Shown here: positions 27,201-43,009 of the stretch, in pieces
Numbering within the stretch: position 1 is the first letter of the stretch
How the letters are laid out: every line of letters starts with the position of its first letter
DNA from: Klebsormidium nitens
Lineage: Eukaryota; Plantae; Klebsormidiophyceae
Reading direction: 5' to 3'
Assembly (NCBI GenBank): GCA_000708835.1
Contig: DF236955.1
Coordinates: 421,745 to 485,744, forward strand
Length of the DNA stretch: 64,000 nucleotides
Made by a program: the position numbers and the translations under genes
The notes under the pieces: generated by a model
Databases searched by the model: none
What the model saw: the letters and a program-made list of their open reading frames with translations, nothing else
What the model was told of the DNA's origin: nothing

Positions 27201-30114
27201 AACAGAAAGTGAGTTGTCAAGGAGGCGGTCCTGTCGAGTCTTTCCTGTGATCGACCAACATCCAATTTGTTGTCCAGCTTCGCGTGTCGTTGACCATTGC
27301 TATGTACAATCTTCTGGTGATGGAAGATACGAGAAGACTGACATAATTGGCTAGAGAGTCTCATTGGCCGTCCAAAGTATTAAGGTATTGCGCCTCTGCA
27401 AATTGCGCATCGCTCCGGGGGGGCCGCGCATCCGACCTCTTGTTTTGCCTTCTTTTTTCGCAACCTCAAGCCGTGTAAGTATTATGCCCGCATTAGTTTG
27501 ATATAAGAGCTTTTGGCGCTGCCCGGAATCAATCAGGGTTGTCACAAACTGAATGCTTTCTCACGCTGTGCAGAAGAATCTATGTCCACTAACCTCAATT
27601 CAGCCCAAAGACTTGACATTTGATGCTACTGTGGCAGGTGAATCAACCAGATGCGGCCGGACCAACGGGAGATGCAAAGTCCGCAAAGTCAGCGACCCCG
27701 GGCATAGGGAAAACAGAAATTAAGGCAAGTGGCTCACAGCGAGCTCTTTTCCGTTGTTCAACGTGTATCCTATGTCGACTTGCCGGGGTCAAGGTACTTG
27801 CACAGGTCCGCTCACTATGTGAACATGGAGTAAGGGGTGTCGGAGTGTACTTATTTGTATGTGAGAGTTTGCCGCCTAAACCTGATTCTCGTCAAAGTGG
27901 ATCCCTGCTTTGACCCTATTCTAGGTTTAGTCCCGACGGAACCGTCACCCTCTCTGATCCATCCGGACAGTACAGTAGAGAACTTAGTATCTGCCATCTA
28001 ATCGGTGTACATGTTCGTGTTTCGTCCCGCTAATAGAACGCTTACTAGCGGACAGCGGCTCCGTTTTGATTGACGTGAGCCACCCACTTTTACAGCAAGC
28101 CTTGCGCGGAATCTTAGTCCGCGTTTAAAGCCAGGACAGCCTGACACGTGGCGGAGATTTTGTTGAAATACCTGAAACCCCGATCTGACGCTAAATCGTT
28201 CCTGTCGATGAAGGTCTCCAGCAAAGGGAGTGACGTCATCACCGGCAAGAACGCGGGGACCGGCAAGGATAACGAGCCCAAAGAAGATGCGACGTTGGCA
28301 GCCGGCAAAAGATCGGTGAGTGCGGCCTCCTCTTTGGGCTCGATATCCAGTTGAGTGGTATTTATAAGTTGTTGTATCTGATCGAAATGGTCCAACCAGT
28401 CTGCGAGCTATGCAAAGCACTCGAGTAGATGATACCTCTGTAAGCAGATTAGGGGGGGCTGCTTTGCTTGTTTGCAAAGATTGGAAGGGCTGTGGGAAGG
28501 CTTGGGTGGCTTGACGGGCTCGGCTTTGTCCAAGTTATTGGTTTAGAAGCAGCCAGAGCGGACGTGAGCAACTTCGACAAGTGGTACGAAGGCGCCCCAT
28601 GTGCATCTGTAGTTGATTGTTGAACCTATTTTCTGATGGATGGTCTACTGTTCTGCGTAGGAGCGGAGCAATAGGGGTCAGACAACGCGCTTCGAAGGTT
28701 TTGAGAAGGGGAAGGACCGGAGTGGCGCAGGTACGGCAGTCGACGCTTTTCTTTGGTTATGACTGGGGTGATTTCATTGTGAATTGCCCGTGGTGTGCTA
28801 CGCTGAATCTCTGAATGCTGCTCTTCATTTGCCGGCTCGTCGATTGTTATACTGCTTCACAAGCCACCTCACAAATTTCCGAACGAGAAGATCATTACTG
28901 TACGTAGTTGAAGTAATTTTCCATGTATCTTTCGTGTTCCTGATTCGGGCGGAACATACTGAAAAGAAAACTTACATATTGCTCCACTTCTGTCAGGACT
29001 GAAGAAGCGGTGTGCAGATGATGACGAGGTAAGTTCGGCAGTATGTCAGAATTACAGTATCTCATATGCTTTGATCTCTGTCGACTGGATAGCGGCCAAG
29101 AGTCTGAAGCGCCTTGCGGCTGCCGTTGGAGATTGCAGGGCTTTTCAAAGACTCAGGGCTTAATGTTTTTTGGCGACCTCATCAGATTCTAGTGAGTTGT
29201 TGTCTAGACTTCTGGCTTTACCACTTGTAGTCCACATTTGGCATTTGCTGTGCATGGACCTGAATCACCTTTTTGATTTTGCAGGAAGACGGGGACGACG
29301 GGGACATTGGTTTCAAAGCCGGCGCTCGGGTTGAGCTCCTCGTCAAAGGCAAGGTGAGAAAGATGCTGCTCAAAACTTCGTGCGTTTGCTCAAGTTTGCT
29401 CGGAAACGCGCACCAGAAGTCGGCGCTCGTTCTGGTGCGCGTTTCCGGTCTTGTACGCGGTGATCCGCAGTTGCGAAGGAGGGAGCAGGACGTATGAGTA
29501 AATTTCGGTGCTCTTACTGGCCAGGGCGATCGATCTCCGTAAATCCGGGCCCTTGCACTCTTACACGTTCTTCCCAAGTCCAAAGTGAGGTGCGCACAAA
29601 ACCGGTTTCAAAGAACCCGAGTCAGTGGAACCGGAACGTCATTCCTTGGATTCTGGCAACCCTCCAGCGCCCGCCGTGGACGTCGGTATCCTCTTCCAAA
29701 TTTTTGCAGGGTTTTCTTATCCTGACTCCCGGCGCTGTTTGACATTCTTTTGAGTCAGGAACTTGAGTCATTAGAAGGTTCAAAGGTTTGCTCGTGGTTG
29801 ATCGGAACTCACTGAAATCTGAGTCTCAAGTCAGGCGACGTGCTTTTGTTCAGGTAATTGGGACGGCGCTCGTGATGCTGGGGAACCCAACGGACACCAT
29901 CCGCGGCAAAGCACTGGGTGAGGGCAAGCTCGGAGTCGTAGTTGAGTCCGTTGTCCAAGATGCTCGGGAGTTGACTGTACCAAAGGGATTCACGTCGTTT
30001 GTGGCAAAGTCTAAGAAGCTCAAGGTAGGCGACCTGCCAGTCTGCCAACTGATTGATTGGCCGGAAGACTGTGTCGAGAAGATTCCCACCAGGAAGAAGG
30101 CGCGCCGCGGTTAA
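21251..30114 (+). pseudogene. Multi-exon TnpA-like gene with a C-terminal Tnp1/En/Spm-like domain; at least one exon is frameshifted
   Basis: Exon-like blocks with canonical borders: 21251-21565, ~21862-22126, 22277-22341, 22870-23013, 23207-23320, 23608-23708, 24747-24857, 25267-25375, 25605-25685, 26112-26234, ~26577-26692, 27095-27208, 27638-27724, ~28212-28316, 29285-29353, 29854-30114. The last two give GFKAGARVELLVKGKVIGTALVMLGNPTDTIRGKALGEGKLGVVVESVVQD...IDWP, matching my recollection of the V-x-G...P...G..LG....V.V..V...I.WP pattern. The 109-nt exon at 25267 breaks frame. Confidence 0.68.
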
Positions 30115-30398
30115 CCGAAGAGTGGAAGGTTTCGTATAGTACAGAAGTCCGGCTTTGCTCCGTCAGCAATCGTCATTCCAATCCAGACCTTCTGGAAAGA
30201 CAGCCGTCTCTAGTTGTCGTACATTTGTTGAGACATCCGATCTATTACAAATCGCAAGCGTAGTTTACGGACCGTATGCGTAATCCGGCGGACACATTTC
30301 ATTACATGGGCTTTGCCAAAAGCCTGGAGTTTTGCATATCAATTGAGATGGCCGTCCTGTACTCGCATGCCGCTACGCGGCCGCCCTTCTGTGGTTCT

Positions 30399-30659
30399 GT
30401 TCTACTCCGTTGTCTACCTAGAACGTTCCCGGTGTTTCATCATGTATTCTTACTAGAACCGCTCGCGTTCTATGCAGCATGTTCCTAGAACGGCTTGTGT
30501 TCTAACCTGTTCTAGCCGTATCCTGCCTAGAAACCGGTCGTTTTAGTACAGATCTACATAGAACGTACTCGAACATGACTGGCGAGTTCTACGTAGAAAG
30601 CGACTAGAACGGGTGCGTGTTCTAGTACGTCCCCTGCCTAGAACCCCTTTACTAGAACA
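30399..30659. repeat. CACTA subterminal repeat array (CTAGAAC / GTTCTAG)
   Basis: Perfect heptamers at 30418, 30453, 30485, 30604, 30638, 30652 (forward) and 30509, 30619 (reverse), plus at least 5 near-matches within 260 bp. Confidence 0.85.
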
Positions 30660-30678
30660 GGGGGGGTCGTTTATAGTG
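30660..30678 (-). repeat. CACTA terminal inverted repeat (right end); candidate 3-bp TSD GGT at 30679-30681
   Basis: Plus strand GGGGGGGTCGTTTATAGTG equals CACTATAAACGACCCCCCC on the minus strand and directly abuts the subterminal array. Confidence 0.8.
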
Positions 30679-33232
30679 GGTGGGCTTTGTGGTCCCGAAT
30701 CCGTTGCAAAGGGGCGCTGTGAAGGACCTCAAATACTTGTGATAGAGTTGTCAGGAAATCGGCGTCTTTTGGTACGATAAACATTTAGGTCAAACGGCAT
30801 TCGCTTTGCAAAGATTCAGTCAGCATCAGCTGAAGTCTTCATTGAGAACTCCTTTCAGGTTCCAAGCTTCTCTGTATCTCGAGGACTACCACCGCCATAC
30901 ACACAAGCAAGCCCCGAAGATCTGTCAAGTCCCTGCGAGAAACGCGAGAAGCCCAGATATGTCTGGCTAGGAACTCACGACGGTAGAGCAGTTCGTGTCG
31001 CCACCAAAGGAGATGGGAGGAGACAGCGCCCGGTTGTAGCTGTCGTCATAGTCTGCCACAAAGCAAATACACAGGGCGGTCAGCTGCTGATGGCAACGAC
31101 GGATTCTCTTTGAAACTTCCTGGGACTTCCACCCCAAAGCTGCGCACTCAATTGATGTTTACTAGCGCCAATAATTTGACTGCTGATTTTGTTGAATCGA
31201 CTCTATGCCTAGACGGCTGAGAGTTGCAAAACAAGGGCTCAGGCTGCCATTTCTGCAAGGTGTGAATTTGCCCAGTACAAGTGGCCGACCCAGAAAAATC
31301 AATGTACGCACGGGATAGGAGGAGAGGCTTTGCAAGTTGTCGGAAAGGTGCGGGCAATGTAACGCGAACTCACAGAAGCCGGATGTATAGGCGCCTCCTC
31401 CAGTGAGGAGCGCCAGAGTCCCGGGGAAGGAGTCGGAGGGGATGGTCGTGAAGGCGTTGGTGTAGTGGGTGCCTGGAAGGAGCAGAGGGCGAATGGGGGG
31501 TGGAATTTGACAGAGCCCAGCACGCCCTCAAAACTGATCAATCAGAGACGTCATACCTTCAACTGAACCAGAAACTGCAGAATCCTGCTTGCACAAAAGT
31601 GGCTCTCAATGTGGCTCAGAGGTGTGCAGCCTGCTTTGCTGTCCCTCTTGCTCGCCATATCCGCAATAGGAGGTTGACTTCGCTGGCAGTGTCATGAGTC
31701 CTTGTTCTTAAAAGGCTAAGGCTCAAATCTTCTATGGCTTGAGAATGTCTAGGAAACGGCGTCAGGAACCAAGTCGCAGTCACCTCTCACCGTGTGTTGC
31801 GAGCCAGCCAAAGCCGGTAGAGTTGGGGTTCTTGGACAGGATGTACTGAAGTACTCCACGCCCTGCTCGTGGAGACCGTCGACACTGCGCTCACACAGGC
31901 AGGGGACTGAGCGTCTGACACAAGTCCCAGTCGATTTGCCCTCGCTCGAGAGCTTTGCTATGATTCAAAGGAGACTGATCTATACTCCCCAATCAATCGC
32001 TCCTCAGGCAAGCTCCTGAAGGCGCTCCTTTCTTACTACTACCGCAGGACTGTCAGAATGCCAGCCTCTTCACCAAACGAAGCTTGCCTGCTCCTCCAAT
32101 CATGCCGTGCAGCATACATTGGCTTCTCATCTTGCTTCAACAGAGGTCTCAAAATCAGCCAGACCATGCGACAAAAAACTCACCTGTCACATCAGGACTT
32201 GTAAGCAACTTTCAGCGCTGAAGCTAACCTGATGATCAGGACGTGGTCAATTTCATTGAGGAAACCGGAGTCCAGCCCCTGGGGTTCGCTAGTAAGGGGG
32301 GAGCTGCCGGAGGCGCCTGCGCAGTAGGCCTTTGCGCCGGGGGGGCTACCGCAGCTTCCAGGGCAACAAGTGAAGGCGCTTCCATCTGCAGAGATGTATG
32401 CAAGCACATGGAGACCGGTGGGAAACTTCAGTACCAGAGTGAAAGCCACTGCATAGATGTATCCCAGGCCCCCTTTCTATTGGCAGCTTCTCTCAAAGTT
32501 CAGCTGGTTGATGGCACAGCTAGCATGTGGGCATACCTCTTTAACAGGCTTCTGCAATCGACGCCCACTCTAAAACCAGAGTCGAACAATGTCGCCAAGA
32601 TAGGTTTGATGGACGCACCCGCACTGTAGCAGGGGTTAGGTGTGGCGGAGGGGCAGGTCTGAAGAAGCTTGCGCTGCAATCAAAGCAACCGGAGCCACTG
32701 TCAGACAATCATGGCAGAAATATCATTACGTGGAATGCAATAAGAGTCCATCGTGCCACCAGTCCTCTTGAGCCCGTTGCCCCTCTTGATGACAAATGCT
32801 GTAAAAGGTCAGGTCGAACTCCAGATTCTGTGAAGCGGATGATTTGGAGGTACATGATATTGCAATCCTGTAAAGATACTGCAGGCAACAAGATATCTCC
32901 AGCCGGGGTGCACTGATATATCCAGTTTCAGGCTGACATGAAAAAGTATAACGAACCAACGAACACTCCACGGATTTAACTTGTGAATTGGTTTCCTCAT
33001 GCTTCTGATCGCCTAAGAGCACAGCAGAGTCCCATTGCGACAGTGACGATGATCAAGAGAAGACAGCACGGAGCTCCGACTTACAGATTCTAACAGCTTT
33101 GATTGATGTGCTGCGAACAGCCCACAAAGAGGAGCGCTCAGTTTCGATTACCTGGTGAACTGCGTTCACGCTGCCTGCCAGTGCCAAGCAGCAGAAGGCC
33201 AGACAGAGAACAGCCCTGATTGAGGCAGCCAT
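30679..33232 (-). pseudogene. Secreted type I phosphodiesterase/nucleotide pyrophosphatase-like (alkaline phosphatase superfamily) gene, frameshifted and truncated at the CACTA end
   Basis: Signal peptide exon 33152-33232 (MAASIRAVLCLAFCCLALAGSVNA). An exon ending at 32229 (..EIDHVLII) joins 31791-31884 (SVDGLHEQ...; 94 nt, out of phase by 1). Exon 31374-31472 gives GTHYTNAFTTIPSDSFPGTLALLTGGG and 30979-31052 gives YYDDSYNRALSPP. Degenerate FEVLHSA..DHKAH runs into the TIR. Confidence 0.8.
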
Positions 33233-34191
33233 GGCTTCTCGCTGGCAGCTGCGGCGGATCAATCACTGGTTGGCCGAAGTCTGCCCGATTGCAAGGTTGA
33301 AATGCACCTTTCGGAAGACATTACTACTCCCATACACCCGGCCCTGGGCACACACCCACCTAGGCTCGCTTTGACTGCTCGCGGCAGTCCGAGGACCGAC
33401 GTACGTCTGCTTTCTTCAAGACTGCATTCCTCATGATCAGTCAGCGCAGCACATGCATCCCCGACTCGGGGATAGTATCAATCCAGGCCGGCCTGGATCG
33501 TCTCAGGCTTGCGGCTTCGGCCTGTGTCGAGCTCGTCAGTTGTTACCTGCGGCCCCAAGAATCTCGGGTCGACGAGTAGGAGAGGTCCATTTCAGAAGAA
33601 ACCACTGAGCTTCTAGCAAATGTCTTCCATCACATTAACTTTTCGGTCGTATCTGGGGAATCTCCTCGGGGCAAACGGAATCTCTGCTGTAATTGGACGA
33701 AAAGCTCGATCCGGATGAGTCGATCCGTACGTACCTGGCGCGGAAGTCCGCTATCTAGCGGCGCAGCCGCTTTTGGGCAGGTGATCGACCGTGACTTAGG
33801 CTTGACTCGGAAAGTTGAACCTTGACGCGCCTTGGCTGCCATGGTGATTAGCGACTGATTGACAAGGAACGATTCATGTGCCGATCGTATATCCTTCTCA
33901 CAATACAATACTTACTTGCCGTAGCCCATTCTTCTTTACTTCCGCTTTCCCCAAGAGCGTCTCTCGCGCACCTCTTCAAACGTGCAAAGAGCAATCATTG
34001 TGCCTCGTCACGGTAGATTCATCCTCAAGCAGTATGATAGCAACGAGCTTGGCACCAAGCCAAAATCCGCACGTCTTACAGGCATACCACCATGTGCTGC
34101 CTTTCGACAGAGTCCGACCAAATAGCACGTGCCAAGCCTGCCAAAATGGTGCATGTTTCGAGCAGGCGTGAATATTGATGACTGTACAATG

Positions 34192-41467
<7,276 letters not shown>

Positions 41468-41657
41468 CGGATGATGCCCCGCCACCTGGATACTTAGTAA
41501 TGACGATGCAATGAGCGTGCTGTAGCACCTAGCGTGCTGGTGGCGCGCCAGAGGAAGCAATGCTGTGCCTAAAGAATGTACATAGATGGCTGAGGAAATG
41601 GCTCTGGCACGGAGGCCTGAGTGTGGAGCAAGAACGGAATCAGCGGACGTTCCAGAT

Positions 41658-42529
41658 TAGACTATTATCGAATAGGCTTAGGTGCGATACNNNNNNNNNN
41701 NNNNNNNNNNNNNNNNNNNNNNNNNNNNNNNNNNNNNNNNNNNNNNNNNNNNNNNNNNNNNNNNNNNNNNNNNNNNNNNNNNNNNNNNNNNNNNNNNNNN
41801 NNNNNNNNNNNNNNNNNNNNNNNNNNNNNNNNNNNNNNNNNNNNNNNNNNNNNNNNNNNNNNNNNNNNNNNNNNNNNNNNNNNNNNNNNNNNNNNNNNNN
41901 NNNNNNNNNNNNNNNNNNNNNNNNNNNNNNNNNNNNNNNNNNNNNNNNNNNNNNNNNNNNNNNNNNNNNNNNNNNNNNNNNNNNNNNNNNNNNNNNNNNN
42001 NNNNNNNNNNNNNNNNNNNNNNNNNNNNNNNNNNNNNNNNNNNNNNNNNNNNNNNNNNNNNNNNNNNNNNNNNNNNNNNNNNNNNNNNNNNNNNNNNNNN
42101 NNNNNNNNNNNNNNNNNNNNNNNNNNNNNNNNNNNNNNNNNNNNNNNNNNNNNNNNNNNNNNNNNNNNNNNNNNNNNNNNNNNNNNNNNNNNNNNNNNNN
42201 NNNNNNNNNNNNNNNNNNNNNNNNNNNNNNNNNNNNNNNNNNNNTAGACAATTATCGAATACACTTAGGTGCGATAATAGTGGTGAATGATTCGATAAGA
42301 CTGTAATAATGATTTAGACTGTAAGCAGTCCTCTAAAAATAGAGTATAAATAGCGCCTGGCGGAGTTGGAAGACCCTCATTCCAACTCGCCACTTTAGAA
42401 AACCTTGCAGGAGTTCGCTTGCCCACCCACCCTCTACCTGAATAGAGACAAGTGCGTATATAGGGTAGGCTAGTCCGTTGTGTCTTCCCAGGGGGTGATT
42501 CGAGTGTGTTCGATCACCCCCCAGTCACA
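41658..42529 (+). mobile_element. LTR-like repeat (possible solo LTR) with an internal tandem repeat collapsed in an assembly gap
   Basis: A 32-bp unit TAGAC(T/A)ATTATCGAATA..CTTAGGTGCGATA lies on both sides of the N-gap (41658 and 42245; 29/32 identical). It is followed by TATAAATA at 42345, two stem-loops and a ...GTCACA end at 42529. No 5' TG end or TSD was identified. Confidence 0.4.
41691..42244. other. Assembly gap (N run)
   Basis: Run of N. Confidence 0.99.
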
Positions 42530-43009
42530 GACTTTACTAAAAGCGGCCCCTGCCTATTTCCCCCAGTCGTTCGCAATATTCAGTCACGCTACCTCCGAGC
42601 CGAGAGAGCTCGGACTGGCAATCACGGTCAACCCGGCCGGCAGGCCGTGCATATATACACAACCTATTTACCGGTTTTTATTTTGCGGCCGGCCATGCAT
42701 GAATCATGATGGAGCCTCGGCCCATGATACGCACAATCTGCATTCCGGCCCTGCGAAAGGAACAATGCAGTGTCTGCACCAGCTCGTGTCCAGACGGTGA
42801 GTACAAGGGAGCCATCTTAACCGGTAACCGGACGTCAGGACGAACAAAGCTGGCCGAAGGGGGGCCGAAGCTCCGAAGTATAGCTAGCTAAGTAGCAAAG
42901 GCTATTATTCAAAGCCAGTACTACAAGGCTACTACAAGAGAGTCTCCCAACATTTCAAATACATCGACACCTTTCACGGGGGACGTCGACGTCGTGGTGG
43001 GAGCTCATC

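Larger units (their letters stand above)
19000..30678. mobile_element. One-ended, decayed CACTA (En/Spm) DNA transposon
   Basis: Right TIR at 30678 reads CACTATAAACGACCCCCCC on the minus strand, preceded by a dense CTAGAAC subterminal array. It contains a TnpA-like gene and a TnpD-like N-terminus. No matching left TIR was found, so the left coordinate is approximate. Confidence 0.7.

Noticed and set aside
30418-30658. Repeat array as a CRISPR-like or satellite locus
   Set aside because: The units are 7 bp, irregularly spaced and in both orientations next to a CACTA terminus, which fits subterminal repeats; the context is eukaryotic.
41560-42306. Long ORFs spanning N runs (also 62335-63909)
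   Set aside because: Artefacts of translating assembly gaps.
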